Shown piece after piece: positions 9,534-24,400 of a DNA stretch of 64,000 bases (positions are counted from its first letter, which is position 1; each line of letters begins with the position of its first letter). Source of the stretch: Microcoleus sp. (GTDB lineage Bacteria; Cyanobacteriota; Cyanobacteriia; Cyanobacteriales; Microcoleaceae); the NCBI GenBank assembly GCA_042408215.1, contig JAYFMW010000017.1, positions 704,001 to 768,000 of the forward strand. Reading direction: 5' to 3'. A program made the position numbers and the translations under genes. The notes below the pieces were generated by a model that saw nothing but the letters and a program-made list of their open reading frames with translations, did not search any database and had not been told where the DNA came from.

Positions 9534-9850
9534 CCCCTGTACTCTGTTTATAACATTTTACAACTGCCGAGGTGTCGGGGCCAACAGTAATATTACTGAA
9601 TTTTACCAATTAAAAATAATCAATCCTGGGAGTTTAACCCATCAGGTAGTGGTTCCCCTCCGGGGTTTTATACTTCAGGATACAAGACCTATTTCTACTA
9701 TTAGCTAATCATTAAAAGCTGGCTTTTGACTAATAATATCAAGTCCGGTTAATTGCTGATAAATCCTGTACGGGCCGAAAAGCATTGGGCCGAAAAGCAT
9801 ACCTCACTTTCTTGAGAACCGCTATATGTTTATTTGTACCACTTACTTAA

Positions 9851-10085
9851 TGACTATGACTACTGACTACTGACTACTGACTACTGACTACTGACTACTG
9901 ACTACTGACTACTGACTACTGACTAATGACCAATGACTAATGACCAATGACTACTGACTACTGACTAATGACTACTGACTACTGACTAATGACCAATGAC
10001 TACTGACTAATGACCAATGACTAATGACCAATGACTACTGACTACTGACTAATGACTACTGACTAATGACTACTGACTACTGACT
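9851..10085. repeat. Heptamer short tandem repeat (TGACTAC/TGACTAA/TGACCAA; STRR-type)
   Basis: About 33 consecutive heptamers running into the yidD stop. Confidence 0.95.
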
Positions 10086-10319
10086 ATTGCTATCTTTGGG
10101 AGGGACGGGATCGTAACCCCCTGGATGCAAAGGTTGACAGCGCAAAATCCGCTTAATTGCCAGGGCCCCACCGCGCGCCACTCCAAATCTTTCTATTGCT
10201 TCGACAGCATATTGGGAACAAGTTGGGTGAAATCTACAGGCGTTAGGTAAGTAAGGAGAAATAACAACTTTGTAGCCTCGTATTAGCCCAATTAACAATG
10301 TTTTCACAGCGATGACCAT
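10077..10319 (-). CDS. yidD: Membrane protein insertion efficiency factor
   Basis: [11 protein letters not shown] and [17 protein letters not shown]. Confidence 0.93.
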   Translation of the reverse strand: MVIAVKTLLIGLIRGYKVVISPYLPNACRFHPTCSQYAVEAIERFGVARGGALAIKRILRCQPLHPGGYDPVPPKDSNSQ

Positions 10320-10321
10320 AA

Positions 10322-11245
10322 CTAAAATACAATTTGAGGAGCCAAGATGCTACTTGTATCTGAATTAACTACTTGACCGATACCTAAGAATTGACCGTCT
10401 TCATTATAAACCTGCAAGGGAGAAGATGAGGGAATGGAGGTATTTTTTTCTACTTTCCTATTTTCCATAATTTCTGCAATCGGGAGGCGCTGACCTTGAA
10501 ACCAGCGTTGGGCATATTCGGGAGAAAGGACGATCGCACCTAAATGTCCCAAAACCTGCGCTGGCAAAATTGGGGAAAATTTACTCTCCTGCAATTGCCT
10601 TTCTAATTCTTCAAAACTGAGACTTTCCTCGATCGAAAAACCGCTACTTTCGGTACGATTCAAAGTAGCCAAAGTGCCACCTACATTCAACATAGCACCC
10701 AAATCGCGGGCGATCGCCCGAATATAAGTCCCGGCCCCGCAGGCGATCGCCAAATCCAACTCTGGAAAATCCCCCGATCGCCAATCCAAAACTTCCAGCC
10801 GAAAAACCTCTACATTCCTAGCAGCAACATCGACAGTTTCGCCCTTTCTCGCCAAATCGTAAAGGCGTTTTCCCCCGACTTGAACTGCACTATAATTAGG
10901 CGGAAATTGCTCGATTTTTCCCAGGAAATTCGGCAGTGCAGCTTGCACTTTTTCCCAACTCAAATCCGGCACCGGTTGAGCATTGATAATTTCCCCTTCT
11001 AAATCGTCCGTAGCAGTAGTTAAGCCAAACCGAATCGTGCCTCGGTAAGCTTTACCCTGTTGGAGAAATTGCAATAGCCTAGTTGCCTTACCCAGGGCGA
11101 TCGGCAAAACACCAGTAACAGCAGGATCGAGGGTTCCCCCATGTCCGACTCGCTTGAGTTTCAACAAGCGGCGCACTCGCCCCACACAGTCGTGGGAAGT
11201 CATGCCCGCAGGTTTATTAAGATTGAGAAAACCTTCAGTAGTCAT
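10322..11245 (-). CDS. truB: tRNA pseudouridine(55) synthase
   Basis: [24 protein letters not shown] and [12 protein letters not shown]. Confidence 0.97.
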   Translation of the reverse strand: MTTEGFLNLNKPAGMTSHDCVGRVRRLLKLKRVGHGGTLDPAVTGVLPIALGKATRLLQFLQQGKAYRGTIRFGLTTATDDLEGEIINAQPVPDLSWEKVQAALPNFLGKIEQFPPNYSAVQVGGKRLYDLARKGETVDVAARNVEVFRLEVLDWRSGDFPELDLAIACGAGTYIRAIARDLGAMLNVGGTLATLNRTESSGFSIEESLSFEELERQLQESKFSPILPAQVLGHLGAIVLSPEYAQRWFQGQRLPIAEIMENRKVEKNTSIPSSSPLQVYNEDGQFLGIGQVVNSDTSSILAPQIVF

Positions 11246-11574
11246 TAGTCAGTTGGCAGTTGGCAGTTGACAGTTGGTAGTTGGCCGTTGCTAGTTAGCA
11301 GTTGGCAGTTGGTAATTGTGAGTTGTTGTTGATTGTTGGTTATTGATTGTGAGTTGGTTGTTGGTTGTTGGTTGTTGATTGTTGATTGTTGGTTGTTGGT
11401 TGTTGGTTGTTGGTTGTTGGTTGTTGGTTGTTGGTTGTTGGTTGTTGACAGTTGGTTGTTGGTTGTGAGTTGACAATGCCCAATGCCCAATGCCCAATGC
11501 CCAATGCCCAATGCCCAATTCCCAATTCCCAATTCCCAATGCCCAATTCCCAATTCCCAATTCCCAATTCCCAA
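11246..11574. repeat. Composite heptamer STRR block (GTTGGCA/GTTGTTG then ATGCCCA/ATTCCCA)
   Basis: Entire intergenic space consists of 7-mers; explains the low-complexity ORFs here. Confidence 0.93.
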
Positions 11575-12342
11575 TTAAAGAATGAAATCAGCCTGACTGA
11601 TAGAAATGCGGGCAATTCCGAAGAGAGTAGCCAGAGTTTCCTTAGTGCTTGTAAGCTGAATAATTGTACTAGGCGAAGTTCCGGCAGTGCCTGCGGAAAT
11701 TGTGAGTTCAGCAAAGGTAAGACCGGCACTCAAGCGAATTCGATCGCCACCATCAGTAAAGTCTGTAATCACGTCCCCATCTGTCAAACGACCGATCGCA
11801 AACGTGTCATTCCCGGTGCCGCCAGTTAAAGTATCTCGGCCCCGATCGCCCGAAAGGCAGTCATCACCGATTCCGCCAAACAGCGAGTCATCGCCGGCCC
11901 CCCCAAATAGAGTATCATTACCCGCACCACCCAACAAAGAATCACTATCTTGGTTGCCAAACAGCAAATCATTGCCGTCGTCGCCACTTTGGGAATCAGC
12001 ACCTTTGCCACCATAAATAGTGTCGTCGCCTTCGCTACCCAAGGCAGTATCCCTGCCACTACCGCCGAACAGACAGTCATTACCAGCGTCGCCACGGATT
12101 GAGTCGTCGCCAGCGTCTCCGTAAATTGTATCGTCTCCGCCTAAGCCAAAAATTGTGTCAGGCCCTCCCAAACCAAAGATTAAGTCAGCACCGCCAGTAC
12201 CGGTGAGGGAGTCGGGGCCGGTAGTGCCACGAGTGCCGTTAGCTGACGCGCTGGGGCTTGTACCGCTGGGGCTTGTACCGCTGGAACTGGTGGGGGTTGG
12301 GGTTGGTTTGGGAATTGGTTGAGAAGGGACTGCTGCTGGCAT
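11575..12342 (-). CDS. RTX/hemolysin-type calcium-binding repeat protein
   Basis: Multiple GGxGxDxLx nonapeptides; C-terminal DVITDF. Confidence 0.88.
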   Translation of the reverse strand: MPAAVPSQPIPKPTPTPTSSSGTSPSGTSPSASANGTRGTTGPDSLTGTGGADLIFGLGGPDTIFGLGGDDTIYGDAGDDSIRGDAGNDCLFGGSGRDTALGSEGDDTIYGGKGADSQSGDDGNDLLFGNQDSDSLLGGAGNDTLFGGAGDDSLFGGIGDDCLSGDRGRDTLTGGTGNDTFAIGRLTDGDVITDFTDGGDRIRLSAGLTFAELTISAGTAGTSPSTIIQLTSTKETLATLFGIARISISQADFIL

Positions 12343-12716
12343 TGTTGTACCCTGGGTAATTAGGACGTTGCACTTCTAACTTAGCGAATTTCCAAAGAAG
12401 TGTTTTCGGCCCTGAATTTTGATGGGGAATTGGGACGATTTGAGCGATCGCACACACTCAATTTCCCACTTTCCCAGTGATCTAGCCGCAGGAAGAGGGA
12501 AGAAACTTTGAAATACTGGTCACGCTCGCGAAGTCGAAGTGTTCGGCTCCCCGGTCACAGAGCGCGATCGTGGCGTCGCACAGAGCGAATTCGAAGCGAT
12601 CGACTACGCACACCAACCGTCACACGCTCGCCCTTCGGCGCAGTTTACCCGCTCGCCCTTCGACTTGGCTCAGGGGCCACGAAGTCGAAGAGTCGAAGTG
12701 TTCGGCCCCATGCAGC

Positions 12717-14477
12717 TTACCGACGTGCCGGAACTGGCTGAGGTTCAGGGGTTGGGAGTGGAGAGGCGGGGTATCGATCGCGGTGGAGTGTAGGGACATC
12801 GGCACTGCCGTGTCCGAGCAACTGTTGGAATTGTTCCGGGGTGAGCGATCGCAAAATGAACAAGCCCAGGGAGTCTCGCGAGATGGTTTGAGCGTAGGAA
12901 GATTCGAGATAGGGGCGGAATTTTGACTGATTGTTCAAATAGGTTTCCATGAAAGCTAGGCTGAGTCCGTTGAGGTAACGGCGGGCTAAAGCTGGTTCCG
13001 GCCCGATCGCCGTTGCTGGTGGCTGAAAGACGCTTTGAGGGGATTGCTCGATCGTCGAAAAGTGAGTGCCGTTGTTCATCAGTACCAGATATTTATGCGG
13101 CGATGTCAGCCAAGTGAAAGGTTGAATTTGTTCGAGCAAAGCCGGGGCGACGGTATCGGCACTACCTGCAACTAACATGACTGGAATTTGGATTTTGCTG
13201 AGGTTTGTTTCACCGAGAATGCTGCTGACAATAGGGTTGACGGCGATCGCAGCTTTGACGCGCGGGTCGCTGAAATTGTACTGCTTGCGCTCTAGGCTGC
13301 GGGCGCGACACTGCAAGAGCAGCGAGAGGTTCCAAGTGTCGTTTTCTAACTGGCAGTCTTTGTCTAGTTGTACAAAATTAATCCCTGCGCCGGCTAAGGT
13401 CAAAGCTGTATAGCCACCGAAAGATTGACCGATGACGCCGACTCGCTGCAAGTCGAGTCCACGGTAGGCTGGGTCTGTTGTAGCCAGAGTGGTTAAATAA
13501 TCGAGCAGGTCTTTGATGTCGAGGGGGCGGTTGACAAATTCTGCTGGTTCTGATACGTCTCTAGCTCTGCCTGTTACTAAGTCTTGGATTTGTTGGGCGT
13601 TGCTGCCTGGGTGTTCGGGGACGGCGACGGCAAAGCCGTAGGAGGCTAAGTGTTTGGCTAGATACTCGAAGGAAATGCGATCGGAACCCAAACCGTGGGA
13701 AATTACGACCACAGGAGCCTGTCGGGGGCTGCCATTGGGTAGATAAATATCGATCCCAAAGGTGCGATCGCGATTTGGACTCGTCAGAGTTACCGATGAT
13801 TTCTGCCAAGTATAGGGGCCCGGTAGAGATGGCTGTAGCATTTCGCCGGGGGGAATTGCAGGCTCGGCGGTGTCGGGAGTTTCCGACAATTGGGCGACAC
13901 CGGCGATCGCCCGATTGGAACGGTTCACCAGCGTCGTCAGCCCCTCGGCGACACCCAATCCGCGATCGATGTCAATCCTGATGCCGTAAGTCGGGAATTT
14001 CCGCAGCACGTTGAGAATTGTTAAGCCTTCAGGATCGGCAGCGGCTAAAATTAGGGCGGCTCGGAGCGCGTAAAATCCAGGCTGTTGAGCTTTGGTTTGA
14101 ATTACTCGGCTCAAGCGTTCCAGTAGAACTTCTCCTTGGGGGGTGTAGAGGAATTGGGCGATCGTCACGACTTTGATTTCAGCGCGAGCTTGCAGGACTC
14201 TCTGAATCTCGGCTAGCTGTTCTGGTTTGGCGTACTGAGCGAAGCCGTCCAAGTGGTCGTCTATTTTGCCTGTTTCGGCGAAGAGTGCCAGAGATTCGAT
14301 CGGCACTGATACTTCTAGCGGCCCGTAAGTTACGTAAATTCGCTCAGCAGCGATCGCGGGTGCGGCCGTGCAAACAGCGGTGAATGCCAACAATCCTAGG
14401 TATTTTAAGGCGCGATCTCTTAGAGAGCGACAGACAGCAGGAGAGAGACTCGGAAACAGACACTTCATAACTTTCAC
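12717..14477 (-). CDS. Alpha/beta hydrolase (DUF1400 N-terminus + hydrolase domain)
   Basis: AERIYVTYGPL, ISHGLGS, nucleophile GQSFGG and GTHFS. Confidence 0.88.
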   Translation of the reverse strand: MKVMKCLFPSLSPAVCRSLRDRALKYLGLLAFTAVCTAAPAIAAERIYVTYGPLEVSVPIESLALFAETGKIDDHLDGFAQYAKPEQLAEIQRVLQARAEIKVVTIAQFLYTPQGEVLLERLSRVIQTKAQQPGFYALRAALILAAADPEGLTILNVLRKFPTYGIRIDIDRGLGVAEGLTTLVNRSNRAIAGVAQLSETPDTAEPAIPPGEMLQPSLPGPYTWQKSSVTLTSPNRDRTFGIDIYLPNGSPRQAPVVVISHGLGSDRISFEYLAKHLASYGFAVAVPEHPGSNAQQIQDLVTGRARDVSEPAEFVNRPLDIKDLLDYLTTLATTDPAYRGLDLQRVGVIGQSFGGYTALTLAGAGINFVQLDKDCQLENDTWNLSLLLQCRARSLERKQYNFSDPRVKAAIAVNPIVSSILGETNLSKIQIPVMLVAGSADTVAPALLEQIQPFTWLTSPHKYLVLMNNGTHFSTIEQSPQSVFQPPATAIGPEPALARRYLNGLSLAFMETYLNNQSKFRPYLESSYAQTISRDSLGLFILRSLTPEQFQQLLGHGSADVPTLHRDRYPASPLPTPEPQPVPARR

Positions 14478-14651
14478 ACCTAGGATTTTAAATAATTAGT
14501 CGCTTAAACAGTCTAAATTGTTTCGTCAATATTTAATGCCCAGATGTTGTCAAAGAGTCGATCGGTTTCCGATAGATGTTTTCAAAGAGTAGGTTATTGT
14601 AGAGAGGATAGCCCTCAATCAATTTTCGAGTCTGACAAACGGAGATCGAGA

Positions 14652-15997
14652 GTAAATTACCCAGCACTGACCTGAGTACAGGTACTGTGTGGGCTTTCAA
14701 TAGCCCGCTCGATGATCTTGCACATTGCAAAATAATCTCGAACCTTCGGGTTTATTTACGGAAACCCCAAGAGCAGCAATATTCTTGCTGCCGTTCAAAT
14801 CAGCGTCACCTTTCCATCCACAATGACCACAAACAAACCTTTTACCATTTCTATAGGACTCACCCCGTACCGGATGGATCTGGTTGCACTTGTGGCACAT
14901 TTGGCTAGTGTATCTAGGAGCAACAAACAAAATCTTTACTCCGTACTTTATAGCTTTGTAGACCAGAAATTGGCGCAACTGAAAGAAGGCCCAGCTATTA
15001 CTGAGTCTTCGCTCTTTTTTCGAGCGTGGCTGCTGATTAGTCCGTTCCCTAATTCCAGTCAGCTCTTCCAAAGCAATAATTTGATTTTTGTTTTTAGCCC
15101 TAGTTACGATCCGATGACTAATGGTGTGATTTACCAATGCCTGAAAACGCTTTTCCTGACCCGACAACCGTTTCAACAATTCTCGACATCTGCGTCTAGA
15201 ACTGCGTGTGCCTTTCGAGGCTTTTTGTTGGATGTTTGCTCTCATCTTGGCGTAATGATTTCTAACTGCGGTAATTTCTTTACCGCTAAATGTATCTCCT
15301 TCAGAGGTAACAGCAATATCAGTTCGGCCCAAGTCACAACCCAAAACCTCATCACTTGGTGGTGGTTCTATGGGTTGAGACTCAAGCTGAATATTCAGGT
15401 AGTAAGTACCATCTTTGCGCTTGCACAGAGTAGCAGTTTTGGGATTTTGACCTTTCAGCAATCCAAGCTGGTAGTTGCCTATTGCCAGTGTAAATCTCTC
15501 TCTGCCATCTGTAGTAGTGAGGCTTACTGTCCAGTCTTTTTCCCTAAAAGAAAAAGTACGAGCATCGTAAGTAGCACTCGTAGGAGCAAAACTTTTTACT
15601 GGCTTTCCATCTTTCTTCGAGGTTTTTCTGTTGCCAGAAACTCGTCTAATGGCATGGATTGCCAACTGAGCCGAAAGTCCAAATCTAGCCCTGACATCGT
15701 AATAAACCAAGGACTGCATCGCCAATTCATTCATCAGAGTTGGTGGTACGGTTTGGTTGACATATTCGCAAGCAGCAGCAAACGCCTGAAGGGTGGCATC
15801 AATTTTGATGGACTGTTCCGGCGATACTTGGAGTTTGCAAGATACGGTCAGGAATTGTTTCATAGTAAAATTATATCATGTATTGAAGAAATTATGTCTA
15901 CGCTTACAGATAATTTGTTCGGCTCTTGAGCCTCACGCGCATTCCTCCCGACGCTCAAGGTCGTACCGTCATTGGCGCGGGACTCCTGCTGATGAAA
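14652..15997 (-). mobile_element. IS200/IS605-family (IS1341-type) TnpB-only element
   Basis: Left-end hairpin GGAGTCCCGCGC...GCGTCGGGAGG near 15940-15990; right end AAGCCCACAC...GTGCTGGGTAATTTAC ending at 14652; left boundary approximate. Confidence 0.8.
14697..15863 (-). CDS. tnpB: RNA-guided endonuclease TnpB, apparently intact
   Basis: RuvC D-E-D present (LGCDLG, IALEEL, DADLNGS); CxxC zinc finger. Confidence 0.93.
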   Translation of the reverse strand: MKQFLTVSCKLQVSPEQSIKIDATLQAFAAACEYVNQTVPPTLMNELAMQSLVYYDVRARFGLSAQLAIHAIRRVSGNRKTSKKDGKPVKSFAPTSATYDARTFSFREKDWTVSLTTTDGRERFTLAIGNYQLGLLKGQNPKTATLCKRKDGTYYLNIQLESQPIEPPPSDEVLGCDLGRTDIAVTSEGDTFSGKEITAVRNHYAKMRANIQQKASKGTRSSRRRCRELLKRLSGQEKRFQALVNHTISHRIVTRAKNKNQIIALEELTGIRERTNQQPRSKKERRLSNSWAFFQLRQFLVYKAIKYGVKILFVAPRYTSQMCHKCNQIHPVRGESYRNGKRFVCGHCGWKGDADLNGSKNIAALGVSVNKPEGSRLFCNVQDHRAGY

Positions 15998-16110
15998 GTT
16001 GAAAATCCAAGGCCGTCCGGTCAAACCTGCTCGCATCTCCATTAATATTTTTACAAGCATGGAAAATATGTACGATCGAGAGAGAAACTAAAGTCAGAGA
16101 GGGAGAAAAA

Positions 16111-17094
16111 ATGATGTTCAATGCAACAGCAATCCTGATAGACGCATTTGTACAAGAGCTACAAGCCGGCTACCGTCGCACCTACGGTAAATACAAGCCT
16201 GACTACCCAGAAATCATCGCCTGGGCGGGGACTATGGCTCTGGAAAATATCGCTAATTGTGATGCTCTGTACCACAATGTAGAACACACGATGCTGGTAG
16301 CCCTGGTGGGACAAGAGATTCTCCGCGGCAAGCACATTCGGGAGGGGGGAGTGTCGCCGGAAGATTGGCTGCACTACCTGATCTCGCTACTGTGCCACGA
16401 TATCGGCTACGTCAAAGGTGTCTGCCGTCAAGACCAAGAAGCTGTCGGACTCTACGCTACGGGGATTGACGGGGGCATGGTTTCTGTACCGATTGGCGCA
16501 ACTTCTGCCAGTCTAACTCCTTATCATGTCGATCGAGGCAAACTCGTAATTGACGAACGCTTCGGCGGCCACACATTAATTGATGCCGAACAAATCAAGC
16601 GGAATATTGAATTGACTCGTTTCCCAGTTCCTGCTAGCGAAACTCATCAAGACAGAAACAATTATTCTGGACTCGCGCGAGCAGCAGATTTGATCGGTCA
16701 ATTGAGCGACCCCAATTACCTGCGAAAAATTAGCGCATTGTTCTACGAATTTGAGGAAGTCGGCACTAATAAAATCTTGGGCTACAAATCTCCCGGAGAT
16801 TTGCGGCAAAATTATGCCAAGTTTTATTGGAACGGAGTTTTTCCCTACATTCCGGCAGCTCTTAACTATTTGGAATTGACCCAGGGAGGAAAACAGATTA
16901 TTGCCAACCTCTACGCTAATGTGTTTCAGGTAGAACACGCTGAACCGCTGGCTTTCAAAAAGCCGAATGCTCAAGAATTTATCAAATCTCCGGTTAACAG
17001 CAACTTGAATGGCGACAAAAATCCCGATCACCTTCAAGCTGCCCTGTCGGGAGACAATAATAATTTTCGTGACTTTCCTGACCTAAATTTGTAA
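16111..17094 (+). CDS. HD-domain metalloprotein (Npun_R2479-like)
   Basis: YHNVEHT, LCHDIGY, YHVDRG and AADLIGQL. Confidence 0.85.
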   Translation: MMFNATAILIDAFVQELQAGYRRTYGKYKPDYPEIIAWAGTMALENIANCDALYHNVEHTMLVALVGQEILRGKHIREGGVSPEDWLHYLISLLCHDIGYVKGVCRQDQEAVGLYATGIDGGMVSVPIGATSASLTPYHVDRGKLVIDERFGGHTLIDAEQIKRNIELTRFPVPASETHQDRNNYSGLARAADLIGQLSDPNYLRKISALFYEFEEVGTNKILGYKSPGDLRQNYAKFYWNGVFPYIPAALNYLELTQGGKQIIANLYANVFQVEHAEPLAFKKPNAQEFIKSPVNSNLNGDKNPDHLQAALSGDNNNFRDFPDLNL

Positions 17095-17230
17095 TAAATT
17101 AACCAGCCTTATGCTGAAGCCTATCAAGCGAGCCAGAATTAGGATTAAAAATTTTAACCTAGTTGCTGATTCGTTTTTTTTGAGCTATATTCTAGCTAAG
17201 AAATAGTGGTTTTTTAGGGAGATTTCAGTC

Positions 17231-18295
17231 ATGGAAACCAACAACATTGAAGTCGTTTTTAGCTTTGATACAACTGGCAGTATGTACCCTTGCTTGACGC
17301 AATTTCGTCGAAAAATCAAAGAGACAGTAACAAGACTGCTTGATGAAATTCCAGGAATTCGCATCGGCATTATTGCTCGCGGGGACTATTGCGATGCTGG
17401 CAGCACTTACATAACTAAACACCTCGATTTGTCTGGCGATGTCGCCACGATTTGTAATTTTGTTCAAAATGTCGAGCCAACGGGCGGCGGCGATGCTCCA
17501 GAATGTTACGAGTTAGTCTTAGACGAAGCTCAGTCACTTTCTTGGACTCCAACTAATTCCAAAACATTGGTACTAATTGGCGACGATATCCCCCACGCAC
17601 CCGCTCAAACTCCTCAAAAACTTAACTGGCGTAACGAAGTAGATAAGTTAGCAGAGATGGGAATTGCCGTTTATGGCATCCAAGCTATCAACCGTAAGCA
17701 CGCTACTTTATTCTACAAAGAACTAGCCGAAAAATCTGGCGGTTTCCATCTCAATCTTGACCAATTTTCCTACATCACCGATTTCTTTTTAGCAGTTTGT
17801 TACCAACAGTCATCTAGCGAACAACTGCAAGCTTACGAACAAGAAGTTGTCAGTCAAGGTCCCATGAGTCGTGGATTAAACAAGATGTTTGATACCATGC
17901 GGGCGCGGGGAGGCGTTGCTGTTTAGGAATCAGCAGAATTGCGAGCCGTAAAACCAGGGAGATTTCAGATTCTAGAAGTAGACAACGAGATTTCAATTAA
18001 AGCTTTTGTTCTGGAGAATGGTTGGGCTTTCAAAACCTGGCGCGGGTTTTATGAATTCACTAAAACAGAAACTATCCAAGGTAAGAAAGAAATTGTGCTG
18101 ATGGAACGTTCGACAGGGGATTTGTTTGAAGGAGAAGGGGCGCGAGAAATGTTGGGTTTGCCAATGGGCGAGACAGTTCGCATCAAACCCAGTCATCTAG
18201 AAAAGTATGTGGTTTTTGTGCAAAGTACCTCGGCAAATCGCAAGCTGATGGGGGGAAGTCGTTTCCTTTATGAAGTTGAAGATTGGGCTGGTTGA
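17231..18295 (+). pseudogene. VWA-domain protein interrupted by one in-frame TAG (17924-17926)
   Basis: MIDAS DTTGSM, GGGDAPECYE; ORFs 17231-17926 and 17939-18295 are in the same frame. Confidence 0.75.
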
Positions 18296-18385
18296 TCGAG
18301 CGTAAATATCCAAACTACCACCCCATAACAACACAGATTATGCTAAAATATTTATAATCTGTGTTGCTCTATGCACTGCAATTAA

Positions 18386-20534
<2,149 letters not shown>

Positions 20535-20825
20535 ATAGTTAGTGAAAATCAATAAATCTCTCCGCTCTTTCTCCGCGCCCTCTGCGTCCTCTGCGGTTCA
20601 AAAAAAAGAAACCCAACATAACTCAACCCAACCTACTGCATCTCTTTGAGAAATGCTATACCTCTCCGCTCTTTCTCCGCGCCCTCTGGCGCTGGAGCGG
20701 TTCAAAAAAACCTCCTTTGACTCCTCTGCTATACAACCTAAATTTTGCTAAAATTAATGTAGTTCGCTCAAATAGTGCGGCCAATACAAGTCCAAGCAAG
20801 TCCTAGTAATCACAGGAGATACATT

Positions 20826-21236
20826 ATGTCGGAAATTCCAACAGAACAAACACCAACAAATTTGCCAACTCCAGAAACAACTACCGAAACCTCCATTTCT
20901 CCGGTGGACAACTTGAAAAATACTTTAGGAAACATCCTGAGTAGTTGGAAGTTAAAAGTAGGATTAGCAGTTGCTGTACTGTTTGGAGTGTTCCTATTAA
21001 CTTTCTACTGGCAGCATATAATTGCAGTTGTAGGTATGAAGAGTTGGTCGGCGCGATCGGGTGCTAAGCCGATCGAATGTATGGTAAGAGATACCAATAA
21101 CGACCAGTATGTCAGTTGCAGCGCTCTCCTCGATCAGCAGATTGTCCCTCTTGAGTGCAGTTCGAGTTTGTTCAACATCGGTTGTCGAGTCAATTATGGA
21201 ACTGCGGCACCTAATCCGAGACGGATGAACCCTTGA
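20826..21236 (+). CDS. Hypothetical membrane protein, Cys-rich C-terminus
   Basis: AGGAG RBS before ATG 20826; one TM segment; four Cys. Confidence 0.7.
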   Translation: MSEIPTEQTPTNLPTPETTTETSISPVDNLKNTLGNILSSWKLKVGLAVAVLFGVFLLTFYWQHIIAVVGMKSWSARSGAKPIECMVRDTNNDQYVSCSALLDQQIVPLECSSSLFNIGCRVNYGTAAPNPRRMNP

Positions 21237-21474
21237 GCTTCTGCTGGTGTCAGATGATTGTTGAATGAACAGATTTGTTACTAAAATATGGGACTTACCC
21301 AAGATTTTCCACTGTGAAAATACTCCAGCAATAAAGATGAGAAAACTCTTGTTTTGCTTGTTGTAAATTAGCAGGTAAGTTGACTTACCTGCTCTTGTCA
21401 TTAAGGGCCTGTTTTCGAGCCGAACCGACAACACCGCATTTAATCATATTTCTTTTTCTCATTGAAACCTAAAA

Positions 21475-24400
21475 ATGATCGAAATTAACGGCTACCAGAC
21501 TATTGCTCAGATTTACGAAAGTAATAACTCAATAGTATATAGAGGCATCCGACAACAGGATAATCTACCTATTATCCTCAAAATGCTCAAACAAGATTAT
21601 CCGACTCCTGCTCAACTCACCCACTATCGACAGGAATATGAAATTACGCGCAATCTGAATCTAGAAGGGGTCATCAAAGCTTATAGTTTGGAAGAGTATC
21701 AGAGAACGCTAGTTATAATCTTGGAAGATTTTGGTGGCAATTCTCTCAAGAGATTGACGAATAACTCAGAACAAAAGCAAGCCATTACCTCTTTCAACAA
21801 ATTCCTCGACATCGCCATTCAAGCAACCGAGATTTTGGCTCAGATTCATGCAGCCAATGTCATTCACAAAGATATTAACCCAGCTAATCTTGTTTTTAAC
21901 CCAGAAACCAAACAACTCAAAATCATCGACTTTGGCATTTCCACTCAACTCACCCGCGAAAATCCCACCGTAAAAAATCCCAATGTCCTAGAAGGAACTT
22001 TAGCCTATATTTCACCAGAGCAAACGGGAAGAATGAATCGTTCCCTAGATTACCGCACCGATTTTTATTCCCTTGGTGTCACTTACTATGAGTTACTAAC
22101 AGGAAAATTGCCTTTTGAAACCACCGATGCACTGGAGTTAGTGCATTGTCATATCGCCAAAGTACCCGTAGCACCCCATCAAATTAATCCAGAAATACCC
22201 AAAGCCGTGTCAGATATCGTGATGAAACTGATGGCAAAAACCGCAGAACAGCGATATCAAAGTGCATTCGGAATCAGAAATGATTTAACCGAATGTTTGC
22301 AGCAATTACAAACCACAGGAAATATATCAAATTTCCCTTTGGGGACTCAAGACATTTCCGAACATTTTCAAATTCCGCAAAAAATCTATGGCCGCGAGGC
22401 AGAAATTGAGACATTAATCACTGCTTTTGAGCGAGTAGCTAACCCCCCTGAATCCCCCCTTGCTAAGGGGGGACTAGGGGGGGTTGAAATGATGTTGGTG
22501 GCTGGTTATTCTGGGATTGGCAAATCTGCACTCGTACAAGAACTTTATCAACCCATTACCAAAGCACGCGGCTATTTTATCTCTGGTAAATTTGACCATT
22601 TTCAACGAAATATTCCCTACTCTGCTGTTGTTTATGCCTTCCAAGAATTAGTGCGACAACTGTTAACAGAAACCGCAACACAACTCAATATTTGGCGAGA
22701 GAAAATTTTAACTGCTCTCGGAGTTAACGGACAAATTATTATTGATGTCATTCCCCAAGTTGAACTGATTATTGGCAAGCAAATAAAAGTTCCACAGTTG
22801 GGAGGAACGGAGGCACAAAACCGCTTTAATTTAGTCTTGGGTAACTTTATCCGCGCATTTTGTTCTCCCGAACATCCCCTAGTTATCTTTCTGGATGATT
22901 TGCAGTGGGCCGATGCGGCTACCCTCAAATTAATCCAACTAATGATGACAGATTTAGATACAAAATACTTGTTTTTAATTGGTGCATATCGGGATAACGA
23001 AGTCAGTCCAACTCATCCCTTGATGATGACACTGGAAGAAATCAAGAAGGCTAATTTAGCAACATCATCTCTACAAAATCTGGAAATTGAGCAACCTACT
23101 TTTACTCAAATCAACCAAATTAATTTAGCACCTTTGGCTGTAGAACATATTCGTCAACTTATAGCTGATACTTTGTACAGCAACACGGAAGCTGTCAAAC
23201 ATTTAGCAGAAATGGTGGTGACAAAAACCCGTGGCAATCCTTTTTTTGTGAATGAGTTATTAACAACATTGTATGCGGAGGGAGGGCTGAATTTTAAACA
23301 TCCTCAATCTTCCTTTATTTCGGGAGAAAACAAAGGAGCAACCAGAGGATTTTGGCAATGGGATCTGTCTCACATTGAAGCTTTAGGCATTACAGATAAT
23401 GTGGTGGAATTAATGATTGGCAAACTAAAAAAAATGCCTGAAACCACACAAAATGTTTTGCAATTAGCCGCTTGTATCGGGTCTGAATTTGACTTAAATA
23501 CTCTCGCGGTTGTCTGCAAAAAAACAGCAACTCAGGTATTTGACGATCTCCTAGAGGCTCTTCAATCAGGGTTAATTATATCGCGTTCTGAATTAGACGA
23601 ACAACTGCTAATTCAAGATTATCAATTTAGACACGATCGCATCCAACAAGCCGCATATACTTTGATTGACGATCGCCAGAAAAAAGTCATTCACTTACAA
23701 ATAGGTCGCCTCCTGTTGCAAAATACTTCATTAGAGGCGCCATCTGAGAAAATCTTTGGGATTATCGATCATCTCAATATGGGTCGAGAACTGATGAGCG
23801 ATGATGTCGAACGAGAACACCTCGCTCAACTCAATCTCTTAGCTGGTTGCAAAGCAATTTCAGCCACAGCTTATGCAGCAGCAGTAAATTATTTACAAGT
23901 GGCAATAAAACTATTAGCAGAAGATAGTTGGCAGACTCAGTATCAGCTCACCCTTGATATTTACTCGCGTGCAGTAGAGGCGGTTTATCTCAATGGCGAT
24001 CTCCAACAGATGGAAGAATTAGCAGAAGTAGTCTTGCAACACGCGAATACAGTCCTCGATAAAATGAAAGTTTATGAAATTAAGATTCAATCCTGTATCC
24101 CGCAGACAAAATTTTTAGACGCGGTGAATACAGCACTTCCGGTACTAGAACTTTTAGGGCTAAGTTTTCCCCCATCTCCTACTCCCGCAGATATTCAAAA
24201 AGGGCTAGAGGAAATACTATCTAATTTAGCAGATAAGCAGATTGAAGATTTAATTGAGTTACCTGAAATGAGCGATCCAGATAAGTTAGCCGCAATGGCG
24301 ATCGCGAGTAGTATCTTTTCTGCATCGTATATCGCGGCTCCCCGTCTCTTACCCTTACTTGTCTTTAAACAAGTCAATTTATCCCTCCAATACGGCAATA

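Noticed and set aside
11245..11829. Low-complexity ORFs (GIGNWEL, TTNNQQP)
   Set aside because: Translations of heptamer STRR repeats
12508..12926. Several overlapping short ORFs at the hydrolase 3' end
   Set aside because: Region is built from small dispersed repeats (GAAGTCGAAGTGTTCGGC twice); no coding signal
14823..15929. 368-aa ORF antisense to tnpB
   Set aside because: No recognisable motifs and fully overlaps a clear tnpB; treated as a shadow ORF
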